DNA of 64,000 nucleotides. It comes from Catajapyx aquilonaris (lineage: Eukaryota). The position numbers and the translations under genes were made by a program. A model generated the notes under the pieces. That model searched no databases, had not been told where the DNA came from, and saw nothing but the letters and a program-made list of their open reading frames with translations. Positions 47,603-60,363 of the stretch are shown here, piece after piece. Where the stretch lies: positions 62,001 through 126,000 of the forward strand of contig KZ538279.1 of the NCBI GenBank assembly GCA_000934665.2, read 5' to 3'. Numbering within the stretch: position 1 is the first letter of the stretch; every line of letters begins with the position of its first letter.

Positions 47603-50600
47603 ACCCAGATACAACTCTATAGTTCATACATAACTCTGGACTACTGATCCAGCTACAACAGTACATGGTGATGAGAAACTTCTGGAATGGTTTCTGATAG
47701 GCCGATTCCTTGACCTGCAGGTTACAGAGACTGTACTTATTCCCCTCACATAAGATAACATGATTGTGGTCATACATGTGCTAGTTTTTACAACTGGTTG
47801 TATAAGTGAAATATCCGTTTCATCTAGCGATTTTTTGGGCCATAAGGTGATCATTTATAAGCGGTTATTCTAATGGTATTGTCAATCAGAAATTCATTGC
47901 AATTCAGAGCCGGAACGTATCATTCAATTAGGCCTAATTTAACTAATCCTCTCCTTTAGAACTGGTGATAATAACTGTTGAGTGTTTATTGCAGATCAAT
48001 GTACCGTCTACATCCATCGATACATTTCGATGGCATTGTCCGTTCAATGCCCCCTTTTCCTCCTTGGTGCACACCAGCTTTACACAGATTTTAATTATTT
48101 CACTTTTCTTGTTTCCATTATTTTGATCCACCCAGGGTTGTAAAAATGTTGGTGAGCCGAACGGTTCAACACTGCATGTAGCCTAATCCAGAGCACTGAC
48201 GAATTTCAAGAATGTCAAAACTTGTGACCATAATGTATGTGGTGCTTCTCATAACGTGTTTTGTGAATTGTCGAAAAAAATCGACGGACTGAGATATAAT
48301 ACTCCAGTTTATGAATTCTTTCAGAGACAAAATCAAAACATTTTACTATCATCTTCAAGCGAGAAAGGATCAATATAAGGGAAAATCACGATTGATTGCT
48401 CTCTAGAAATGCTAGACTCAGTCTCCTTCTCGTTGACGCAGTTTTATTGACACAAACCCGTTTTCAAAATGTCCTTCTTCAAATCCCCCATCTTTTTGAT
48501 ATACGTCACAAACTTCTTGACCGTACATCTACACCGGACAGCTATGTACCGTGATTGTTTTCAAAGTGATTTCACTTTCGTGTTTTGTGGTGTTGACGTA
48601 ATACCATTCATCGTGCCCACCACCTTATTGATATACCGGTAAGAAAAATCAATAACTGCGAAGTGCATGAACCAGCTTAGTGAAAATGTCAAGCAAGTTC
48701 TGTATGCCAAACTGACGAGGAAATTCTCGCTCTAAGGATTTTCTTTCTTGAGTGGATAATTAATGCATTCTTATTGATCTTTGATTTGCGACTTACGCCC
48801 ACCAGTGTAGGGTATTATCGAGACCTAAGCACGCAACTATGGTGTTGTAATTACAGTAGCCCTGAGCTCAACTAATGTCCAGTTCAACTGACCGTTAAGG
48901 TTCATATCACTTAAACAGCAGTTAACTGCCCGATAATATGGTTAAAGATTTAATATTACAGTACAATATACAGCATAATTTTTAAGGAAAATCTTAGCTT
49001 GCCATTCTCTCAAATTCTTTCTGACACCCTGTACCGCTCGAGTACCTTTTTTTTGTGTGTGAATAGAAGCCTTCCTACATAATACACTCCTCTTCTTCTC
49101 GTCCGTCCCTTTCCCCTGGGCCTATCCCTTCTCCATTAGTTTAATTGACTGGTCTTAGACGCCATCAAGTTTTATCGGAAATGTCTTCTTGACGCCGATT
49201 AAATATGCCACGGGATCTCTTTTGGAAGTTTGATGGCAAGAGCGACGGAGAAGGGAGGGAGGGAAAAGAACTTGCTATATTCCAACCAGTTCTTAGGCTA
49301 AATTAATACTCAAGGAAAAACTCATCGGACTGGAATATGAAAGAAAATCAAGTTTACCCACTGTAATGCTTGTGACAAAATATGACTTAACAGTAGGACA
49401 AACGTCGTCGCCTACAATGTTGAAATGTGACCCAAAAATTTCAGTTAGTGAAAACACACATCATGTACTATGGGGCTCAAATTGTTTTGGCCTCTTTATC
49501 CGGGTCTTGAAGCAACCCTTCACACACACATAGCTCTCACCGTGGGGCATGTGCGAAGGGTTGCTTCAAGACCAGGATAAAGTGGCCAACACAGTACACG
49601 CAGACTTTCTGCTGATTTCATTTACTGTTATTTTGGTTGTTGGCCTCACAGATCCATACAAGGAGCTAAGGGACTATCGGCAGTGAAATTAGGGTGACAG
49701 TTGATATCGAATTAGTGGTATTAAAGTCCCATCCATATCACTTTTAAGAGCACTTTTAATTGGACAATGGCTAGGAAAAGTTAAACGGCACAGGTACTGA
49801 TTTTTTGGGGTCTCTCTAGCCATGCTCTGCACTTATATAGAATCACCTAAATTACGTACCGAGATCAAGTTCGGACGAAAACAATGTCAGAGGCAATAGA
49901 TTGAACTGAGGAAACTCATACATAGCTCTGGAACTGTAAAAAGCGATGTTAAATGAAATAATGATATAGTAGTCTATGAATAATTTACTCGGAACTATAA
50001 CACAATTAAATATTACTAGATACATCACAATAAATAATAATTATAGACACACGCTACATAGTTTGTATCAAAAAAGGAATTTTCCCAAAGTTAAGTTGAC
50101 TTCAGTGCCAAATATAACCATAGTCTGTACGTATTGCACTGGTTTGTGAGAAAATTAAATAGCAGTTGTAGCCGTAGCTTCAAAAGTAGGGTATTTTCAT
50201 CGATTTTCATGCTCTACTCGCACATTTAGGCTCAGCTTGGGCGCCCTTCCGGAATGTTAAGAAGCCTATTAAAAACGAGAACTCTGAACTTAATTTCCAC
50301 CTTAAGAACACAAACAATACACCTGCTCTGATGGACATATAACGTCGCGTCATGCAGAAAAGAAACAAGACAAGTCCACCCTGATTTGAACTCCGAACTT
50401 CGGCCTGGCTGGCTGGCTCACCAATAGACTAGTGCTTCTGAAGAAAAAAAAAATTGACGACAGCCCAGAAGGGTGTAGTGAAAAATTCTTCTGCACATGA
50501 CACTTATTTCAGGTGCATTAGGCCACAAATTCCTCGTCTCGAAGTGTGAAGTACCGGAAGCGTCTATTGTTAGTTGTTTTCTCGCCAATTCCAGCAATAT

Positions 50601-51356
50601 TGCCGCATACTAGGAGGTCGGAAGGAATCTGCTAGTAGAGGTTAGAAAGCAGGAAGAAGTTAACACATCTATTGAGGGAGGAAACATTCTAATAATACCA
50701 AAAACTTTACCATCAACATTATTATTAAATTGTTCGTATTATTAAACTCCCCCCTCACTCACTTCCAGCGAGATATTTGTGGTAATGCACATGAAATGAA
50801 AATCCCACATTACCATTTCAGACGAATTTTTTCAAATGTAGGGTGATATTCTGAGTTTTTTTTGTCTTGCACTCTCCTGAACTTACCCGTAAGCAACATC
50901 TACAAGAAAAGTATACCTCTCCAGGTGTTTTACATCAATATGGTAGAAACACACATGTTACCTATTAAAGTAATAGCATCCAGCAAAGGAAATATGGCAA
51001 CACTGTATACAGTACTAAATTGGCATGGCCACATCGCCACATTAGGAAAAACTAGACTTTAAATAAATTTCGAGTGGCTGCTACTAGTGCTAATAATGCA
51101 GGTAATCTTTCTGGTACCATAATAGTATTGGGAACAAATCTGTTGAACCGATTAGAACTGTATTCGAACTTTACGATCAGCTCCCGTTTATATTGCCAGT
51201 TGACGCGGGATCAACTATAGCATTGTCAAACTTCAGTACCAATCATTTGTATTTACCAGATTACAAACTATATGACAAATTGGGTGCTTCTAATATGTTG
51301 AATACTTGGTTATTTGGGAGCGATATATTTTTGTCTATGACTTGAGGCATGCTATA

Positions 51357-51676
51357 CTGGGTGACCCAAAAGTCTGGAGAGATAGGTAGGCCTAATCGTA
51401 TTGTGGGTTAGCACAACTGGCAGGTTGTTGACAGTCAGTAAAGGTTAAATTCTTGGATGGCAAGGTATAGGTGTACGGTACTCGATGAAAATCCCAGATT
51501 TTAATCATCTGAAGGAATGCATCATCAATAATGTGTTATGATCGGCGGAAATAAGGTGTTACTGCATCTTGTTCATGTGAATCTCACAAAACTCGTCGAA
51601 CTTTATACTGCTAATTATGGACATACTCATGCATTATAGTGCCGCTCCATCTCCCCTAATGTTGTCCGTCACATGG
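51357..51676 (+). mobile_element. Decayed mariner-superfamily element with transposase C-terminal remnant
   Basis: TA-CTGGGTGACC start; frameshifted VY...LKECII...LLHLVHVNLTKLVELYTANYGHTHAL* resembles the LK..I...L..V...F..R...C....G.H tail. Confidence 0.45.
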
Positions 51677-53235
51677 TATCCGTATAGAAACCGGTCAACC
51701 CGAGTCAACCTGAGTCAACCTGCCCCATTGCTAGTTGCATGAACATTCTACCGACTGCTAGTCCAGGAAGAAAGAGCAATGGCTCCGACTTCTCAAGCTG
51801 TGCTAGGCCCAATACTCCAAATCTGGCTATTCCCCTGTCCGAGGCCCAACCGACTCTCTGAAGGTAGACATGTCCGAAAACAAACCGGGCATATCCTTGT
51901 AATCCATGACCACCAGTAAAGAGTCAGCGACCAAAACTACCGAGGAGGTCTGACCACTGACATGTCCAAAACACTTTTAAAAAACCCACCACAAAAAGAG
52001 TTAATTTTTTGTCATCTTCTTTAAGTGTGGTTTAATGGCACTAATACATAGCTGGTACCAAAAAATGGACTTTTTCCCAAAGTTAGATCATAATAAAATA
52101 TACAACAATTCCAAACTACAGGATGCCTCTTAAAGGCGCCTACTCGCTATATTTCATTAATATGGGGATAACACGTGTTCTTATTCTTCAAAATAATTGC
52201 TATAGTTGGATTATGTGTAAAATCAACTGCCACCTACAACTATTAAAGGTATTGCACGTTTTACGCCGGTTCATTTTACGATGTTTCATATTAACGACCC
52301 TTTAGAAATTACATAGAGAAATGAGAAATTTGAATAATGCAAAGTATACATGCCTTTTTCAGGCAGTCTCAAAGTGGTGGCCATATTTTACATACCGTTT
52401 TAAATTAAGGTCTGCAAATTGTGAGCGTCATTATACACCCACTATACTCATGCTAACGCAGGCATTTTTTCAAATCATTACGAACCATCAGGTATCAATA
52501 TTATTCTTGGCCACGCGATCACAAAGTTCCTCACATAAATGGTTGTTCCTACCTTAAGATCCCTGTCCTCTTCAGCACATATAGGCCTATAATCCAGTAT
52601 GCAATCAGGGATGAAATATTTTTTGTAGAGAAAGATTACAGCTCAATGCTATTCACCAGTCTGTGAACTTCTACACTGGATATGGTGCAAGCTTCTCATT
52701 GATAGTCCTCGCTCTTCACTAGCTTACTTTAGTACTGTACTGTACAGTACACATACTGATTGAACTGCTCAAGGTAGTCCGAAGGGGCAATGGTGTGGTG
52801 ACCTATTTTACTTTGCATAGTGCTTGTATAGGATGCCCTGTATAATCGAAACTCGGCCATGTAAAAATAGCTCATTTACTAACCACCTCATCGGAAATGT
52901 TCACCTGTGATGGATAACTCCATTAGGATAAAAACATGCTCAAATATCTGAAACCTCCAACTTGATGGGCCTAAAAAGAAACCTTGATTCCTACAGTCCT
53001 GACGCTTTTGGCGAGTTGTTTCTTTCCAGATGGCGATTCATCTGGTTCCCGGAGCCGGAAGGTGAGCAGCCACGACAGAAGAGCGGTCGTCCAGGGAGCC
53101 AGAGAGCGCCGTAAAAAAAATCCGAAGAAAAACAAGCCAACCTAAAGGCTCTTGGGAGCCCCCTCTTGAAACAGACTCCCTGAGCAAACGGTTGTCGAGT
53201 AAATTAAAAGGCCTTCCGGCTTGTTGTCTTTTCAG

Positions 53236-53672
53236 CCCCTAAGCCTGGGGATTATGGGTACGGCGGCGGAGGAGGCGGTGGAGGCGTGGGTGGCATCGGC
53301 GGCGGTGGCGTCGGCGGGGCCGTAGGACCTGGCAGCACGGGCAGAACCAACTTTACCACCAAGCAATTAACTGAATTGGAAAAGGAGTTCCATTTCAACA
53401 AATATTTGACTCGCGCCCGGAGAATCGAAATAGCCTCCGCCCTTCAACTGAATGAGACCCAGGTGAAGATCTGGTTCCAGAACCGGCGGATGAAGCAGAA
53501 GAAGAGGATGAAGGAAGGGTTGATCCCGTCGGAGGCGCTGACTTCTACGGGGGCCACACAGAGTTCCAACACGGCCAACGCCTCACCCGGGGCTGGTGGG
53601 CAATCAGACAGTGGTGGGGCATCTAATGGTGATGTGGTCAAAAGTGATTCGCCCATTACGGATTCGCAGTGA
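53236..53672 (+). CDS. lab: labial/Hox1 coding exon 2 (homeobox 53331-53510)
   Basis: Acceptor TTGTTGTCTTTTCAG|CC keeps frame with the phase-1 donor (697+437=1134 nt, 377 aa + stop). Homeodomain [62 protein letters not shown] is diagnostic of labial. Confidence 0.96.
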
Positions 53673-54570
53673 CCTAGAGCGAGCGGGGTCTAAGACAGTA
53701 CTATGGAGTGCTTCCGACAGCTTGAGGAGCTCTTTTTCGTTCTAGAGTTCATGTTCTGTGCGGGTACACTGTCCACCCTTTCTTTTCGTCTCTCTTTTTG
53801 TCGCTCTTTCAAAGACTCCCGCTTCGTGGGAACGCTCAAAATCAAAAAGGAGAAAAAAAAAATTCAGAAAAAAAATATGTTCACGCCATGTACTATGTAC
53901 GTATTTAAGCGTCTACTCAGGGAAACACTGTAACTCGTGTACAGAAGATACCCCCCAACTGTAATCAACCTATTTTTAAGAGTGTCCAAAGTTGTCAGTC
54001 TCCAACTTTGGGAACATCTCTGATCCTCTCACACGTATTGTGCACCAGAAATATATAAAAAAAAGTGTCGCAAGTTTAATCAACGAGCGCGTAGGTTGAG
54101 GGCTGCCTGATTGGTCCAGAACATATGCATTCATCCTAATGGGAACGAGTTCTATTTTGCATTGCCCATACTTAAATGGACGTCTGCATTCATTCGTAAA
54201 TGTAAATAACTCAAGAATTCTGAAAATCACAAACCGTCACTTTCAGATTTGAGCCCTTTCCGTCCGCTCTATTAACTCACATGTACTGTAGATTGTGTGG
54301 GTTATACCTCAAATCTACAGCGCATACAGAACGTGACCCGGAGGCATACGCCTAAACACAAAAATACTGGGGCACCACCTGTATGATGTTAAAAATTTCT
54401 TTGCGCATTCTGGCTTCAATCCTATCCACACACTTCACTATCTCCTCCCAGCCATACCCCTAAAAATGAGATTTTCCCAAGTTGCGAACATGTCATTGTC
54501 ATTTAAACACTTGTGCTATTTATTGCGGTTCTCTTGCAGAGAAAAAATAAATAAACTGCTGGAATCAAAC
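53673..54570 (+). other. lab: Putative lab 3' UTR
   Basis: AU-rich sequence after the TGA; overlapping AATAAATAAA at ~54546-54555 (alternative AATAAA ~56105); TGTAAATA at 54201. End point uncertain. Confidence 0.5.
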
Positions 54571-56259
54571 GTAGTTGGTTGTAGAAAAAAAAATTAAGGC
54601 AACGTGAGCTTAGTCGTGAATATATGTGATTAAATGTATCGTTGGAGCTGTGCATGAAAACTGTACCCCCCAGAGAGTAAGTATGGAGATGAGTGATCGA
54701 TGCCATTGTTCATCTGTTAGGATTTACATCGCAACGTTATTTATGTAAGAAAAAAAGGCAGTCTTCGGCCGTTTTTTGCTCACATTTTTGCTTTCTTGTC
54801 CAGTAACAATCGCGCCAAATTCAGTGAACCAGATGCTCAACAGATCATCAAAAGGGCACAAACACATTACAAGTAAATCATGCGCGTATAAAACAAACTT
54901 GGCTATATTTGCACATTGTTGTCGACGCAATGAAACCGGAAACTGGAGGGGAAAAAAAGTACCTGAACTCCATCTCCTTATTTACTCTCCATCTTTTGCA
55001 TGCTTAATGCCGTTCACGTGGGGATTGTCCCTAACCTCCCGTCTCCAACATGTTTTCGGTCATATTTGGCTAGAGGCTGGTGTCGAAATCTTGTTACATC
55101 CCCCCCCCCCTCCATCACCCCCGAATTATTGTGCTAAAATCCGTGTGGCAATGCAAATTTCATTGCCGCGGCATACACACAACCGAATTACTAGGATAGG
55201 TTATTTTTTAAATGTTTTATAAACAGAATGGAAGTCGAGGCAATGTATTGTGGAATGGTAACACTCGACAATGCTACGCGTCATGTAATACGAGAAAGAC
55301 ACAAAAAAAAATGATATAGCCTATCTTAGACCATAGGCTGTGAAATACAGATGTTCCTTATAATTCTACAGAGGTGTCGTACTTTTTCTGTACCCTGGCA
55401 TCCTCATTTGAAGTTCCAGGGGTAGGTCATGTACAGGTTCTATTTTGGCGATGGTGAAGCACTTGACCATGGGCACGGCCTCGATCCATGCACGGGCCCT
55501 GCAAGTTCCCAGGTAACGATGCAAGGCTTCCGCAACGCAATGCTTCAGGAACTCACGTAAGCTACCACTTATTGATCACTTTCCTACATTGGAAGGGGAT
55601 GGTTGGGAAGTGGAAAGGGAGGTGGGAGGAGAAGAAGGAAGAAGAAAAAAAAAAGAACTTGGGAAGAAACTTTGGAGATATTGGCTTCAAAAGGGGTTTA
55701 GGCAAGGCAATTTTTTGTTTCCGTCTTCAGGCTTGGAATAGTAGGATACGACGATAATAATGTTTAAACATCCCAGAATATACTGTCCATCCATAGGAGA
55801 GGGGCTGACCTGGTGTATGGCCGGCCACATAATGATTACAATTTTAATCCACATACACAAATTGTACACGTATAAGTGTTTGAACAGCTGAGATATTTAC
55901 AAATAACAATGACTTAAAATAATGCCAAAATGTGGGGGTAGAATTCACTATAAAGTGTATATGGAAATGTCAATGAAGGAAGAAATGTAATAAAAAAACC
56001 TTTATATATAGTTTTGTCATCAAAGGTCATACCTATACAAGCAGGTACATGTTTTCCAAGCTAAAAGCTTTGTAGATTGAGAATAGAACCACTTAACGTG
56101 AGGGAATAAAACTTCCAATATCTTATTGAAATGAAGACTTGAAATTCAGATTGATCAGTCACATTTTAGCCTAAATTTAGTAAGGTTTTACGTTATGTAA
56201 TCCTTGTTGATTACTTTTGAAGGCTAAGTCATATTTATGAGAGATTATATTTAATAATT

Positions 56260-56833
56260 GAAGCAGCGAGAACCAGAAGTTGCTAAGTCCATTTTTGGCG
56301 ACTTTGAGATAAGGGCAAATTCTAGGCCTCTATCAGGCATATTTTCACTGATAGAAAAATGTTTTATACGAGCCAGATGATTACAAGTCCTCTTTTCAGA
56401 CCAGGATGCTCTTAGCACTGAAGAGAAATTTCGTGCCAGATGTTGATAAGTCCAAAAAAGGTCTTCATAAAAATGTATTTAGAATTATTGTCATCACATT
56501 CAGGCCTAATAAAGGGACTAAAATTAATTTAGGAGATATCATTTCCCTGAATTTCCTCATTTAAGTGGTTAAAAATTTAAATTTAAAATTTCTACAAGCC
56601 AGAAGTTGCTAAGTCCAAGACAGAAATTATAATTTTTCTCCTGCAGTGTAGGCACTAGATACTCAATATTTACATTACATTAACTTACAATAGTAGTGAT
56701 ACCACAGAAAAATTACCGAGACTCTATAATGTCAACGAAAGGTACAGTACGTCAAACATTATTTGAAATTTTCAAACTGCTCTCCGTAAAAATGGCAAAA
56801 ATGGACTTAACAACTTCTGGTTCTCACTGCTTC
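56260..56833. mobile_element. MITE with ~40-bp TIR and AATT flanks (Sola-like, inferred)
   Basis: AATT|GAAGCAGCGAGAACCAGAAGTTGCTAAGTCCATTTTTG vs CAAAAATGGACTTAACAACTTCTGGTTCTCACTGCTTC|AATT; internal repeats of CCAGAWGTTGMTAAGTCC. Confidence 0.8.
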
Positions 56834-58164
56834 AATTATAGTATAATCTGTCAGAAATATTTGAATAAAAAGTATCTAATAAACGATACAGAAATCTTCA
56901 AACTTCAAACCCTCCTGCCTTGAAATCATTTCAGTGTGAGTCTGATCATTCTGCAGATTGAGTTTTCAAATTTATATAGTGTTGAATCATTCTGGATATA
57001 GCAGACTTCAAGGGACCGCGACAAAAGTATGTTATAATCGAGGTTTGTTATAGCCAAATCGCCACTTATGCAACGAATACCGTCACGAAGTTTTCTGTTT
57101 TCCACATGCTTATAATGCACACTACTGCATATTGACTAATGAAATCCACCCAAAATGCAATATTAGCTATACTAAAAATTATGCAGGACCAAAAAAATCC
57201 GCAATTTTCTTCTGTCGTCTCCATTTTTCCAATTATATACCAGAAAAAGCATAATTATTTTCCCTTCAAGGGGCCAAGAAATGGTCTGTTATACCCGAGG
57301 TGAGGTTAAAATGAGAGAGTAGACCATCTTTCCCTATCCTCCCACTCAAGTCCACTATGCACACCCATTCTACCTTCCATATTATTTTTCTACCTTTCCT
57401 CTAGAGACCCACCCACTTCGGATCCACTTGCAAGGTAAGCAAACGGAACAATAGTCGAATTGCAGACTTCTTATCTCATCCGTCTTACAAGGCTCTAAGG
57501 GTGCCTCTGAGAATGGTCAAAATTTGACATCAACAACACATCCCAAATATCCCCACGACACCTGGTCACTGGAAGAAAAACAACCAAAAAGGTCATCCTC
57601 AGATTTCAGCTTTTCCCACAGCTCTCTTTTGAAAAACTTGTCGCCATCTTTGAACCAACTTATAACAAAACACTCCAACTGTCCGCCAGAGATGAAGACA
57701 AGTAACTCGCACCCTTAGATCTAAATTGGAAGAATCTGCTCTCTTTTTGGGGGCGTTAATGGGCCAACCCATTTGTCATAGGTTGTCAAGTGGTGAGTAG
57801 AGCGGTCCTTCCCTCTCCTAACCCCTCTTTTACCTCTTCCGTACCAATTAGCAACAAAGCGCGGACAAAGTCCTGGAGGTCCTGAGGGAGACAACTGGAA
57901 TCAGGCAAATCACAGCTGGCCACCAAAAGGTGACAGGAGACTTGTACAAGATGGAGTACTTCCCTACTCCCTTCACTGCTCATTTGCATCCAAGGTGCAC
58001 TTTCCTACAATGGAACAGACGGACACGATTGTGACCCGATACACGTGCATTCATCCGACATCGTCGAACGGACCTGTCTCGTGCTCGTCTCGGTCTAATT
58101 ACCTGTTCCGCAATCCTGCCAGGGCCGAAAAGTCATTTTAAAGGGTATTAGTCATTTGTGGTGT

Positions 58165-58444
58165 ACACTGCAGGATCGCCTTGCACGCAAACTGATTTCT
58201 CCGAAACAATCAAGTCCATCGATAAAGTAAGGGCGCAACAGTGGGGGGAAGCTATAGGGAGAGGTGGTGGGGAGATTATCCCCTTATACCTATAATATCC
58301 AATGCTGTGAAACAAAGATATCACTTTTGTTAACCCCCTTTTTTTCACCTTTTTTCCACCACCGTGGCATGCATGCTTTTTTTTCCAGAATGCTGCACGA
58401 AAGAAATCAGTGCGGGCAGTCAAGGTTCAAATGTAATCAGTGTA
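58165..58444. mobile_element. Degenerate TA-flanked MITE
   Basis: TACACTG...ACTGATTTCT vs AGAAATCAGT...CAGTGTA. Confidence 0.4.
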
Positions 58445-59201
58445 CGAGCCTGATGGTAGCATAGGTTTCTCGCTATTTGATGCCAATTTGATCGCGATGC
58501 ACGTGTGATTCCATGCTTGTAAGCTCTCTGTCGCGTGAATATGTCCAGATACAAGTGCGCAGGATATTTTTGCATGCGTGTCCCTAAAATACCATTTATC
58601 AAATTATGGCATCTCCGGTCCTCAGCCTTCATCCTGAATTGCTGCAATTGCATGAAGTCGTCACGCGTTCCGTCTAATTCCAACGGCACAAACCTTACCT
58701 AACCCACACTTGGGCTGAGTAAGCCCGCGTAACGAAATCCCATCCATTCTCATCCATCATCCAGAGGTATGAAACCCCTTGTCATCACTGCAGATTCATT
58801 TGCAAAGGACTATATTAATCAAAACCGCCAAGATTGTTTCCAGGAATGTTGCTTGTTAAGACACTTCGAAAAGATGCTGACGTCGTCATGTGATAGTGCG
58901 GAATGTATAGCACAGTTTGAATGCTATAAAGCTGATTTTTATGAGACATCGTGGACATGTTGCGAAGTTAACGATGTTGTGATGTGACAAAACTGAACAT
59001 TCATTATTATGAAAGTAGTGTGACGTCCCATCAACCATCACTAGAGGGAGGAAGTGGCGCATGCGCAAGAATCTAGAGGGAGCTATGTGTAAAGTCAGTC
59101 GTGTCTGGCCAGAGTAGCAGGGCGGTCTAATAAACGGTTGCTCCGTACTCATTGTATCATTGGATCAGAGGGATGACCTGAGGAGGTCAACTCTCAGAGT
59201 A

Positions 59202-59346
59202 CACTCTTAACCATTTACCTTCTCTAGAGAGGGTAAGAAAGTGGCAATTTTTTACCTTACATTGTAGGGTAAATATTCTTGGGTAAATTGATTCTAAGGT
59301 AAATTTTGCATGTATTACCTTAGAAAATAGAGGGTAAAAAAGAGTG
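59202..59346. mobile_element. CACTC (CMC/EnSpm-type) mini element
   Basis: TA-CACTCTT...AAGAGTG-TA with multiple TTACCT/AGGGTAA subterminal repeats in both orientations. Confidence 0.7.
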
Positions 59347-60363
59347 TAGGCAGAAGACAAACGACTTGTACCTGAAAACTACCAGTCAGCCTCCCACATA
59401 TGATTTAGTGTAAACAATAGTGTGCTGTCAGCTATGCATCCCCTGAAGAATGATAGTACAAAAGGGGTATAATAACTAACTAAATAAATATTAATTTCTT
59501 AATATCTGTTTCTGATAATATTTACAACCTACAATATTTTATAGAAATTATTTATGTACATGATTACAAGCGTGGAAATGACAGCAGCAATGAACTCTTC
59601 TGAAAGTGTAGGTACCTTCTGAGAGTTAGAAGCAATATTTTGGCTATGCACGTTATATTTGGAAAGGTTTGCCGAGTTCTTGAGAAAAAAGGGTTACCTA
59701 AATCGGGGTCAGGTTACATTGATCACATGCGAGCCAGCAGGGGTTCATCCCCGTGCTTGGGGTAGGCGTTTCTTGTAAGGTCAGCTTGCATGAGCAACTT
59801 ACCCCCCTCTGAAAGGCCGCCATCAAGGGAACAGAAGCGACGTCTGCTGGCGGAAGTTTCAAACTGTACCGAGCAATATTTTCCGGCATGCATTATTTTT
59901 CCGCGCCCCCTACTCAACAAGCATAGCACAAAATCCTTGAAAAGCGTTGCCCTTTTCGAAAAAAGCAACAACCCCCCGCCTTCCTTTCCTCCTCATTCAA
60001 AACGCTAGCTTTCGTGCTTATTGATTGGCTTCTTATGTAATGAAGTTTGCGTGCTGGTTCCAGGCGAGATTTGCGATTCGGGGGGTTTTGAATGCGGCCC
60101 ACATGCGAACCGCAAGCTTTCAGACGGCTACTAACGGGGGGAGGGAGTGGGGAGAGGCAGGGGGATGGGGAATTACTCTGCTCTTTGTCGTTGACTTCGG
60201 ACTTTAATGTGGCTTTTGGTTCCTAGTGCATTTCACTAGTAACGTCCGTGGTCACGTCAGACTTTTCTGGGTGATTTTACTACATACTGGTATCTCATGT
60301 GGGACAAATGATCCCTAATAGGTTCAAAATTTTTCCAGAGGAGGGGCACAACGAATATGCTAC

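Larger units (their letters stand above)
29529..53235 (+). other. lab: labial intron (~23.7 kb, GT-AG) between hexapeptide and homeobox
   Basis: Canonical Hox intron position; frame-compatible GT and AG ends. Confidence 0.85.
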
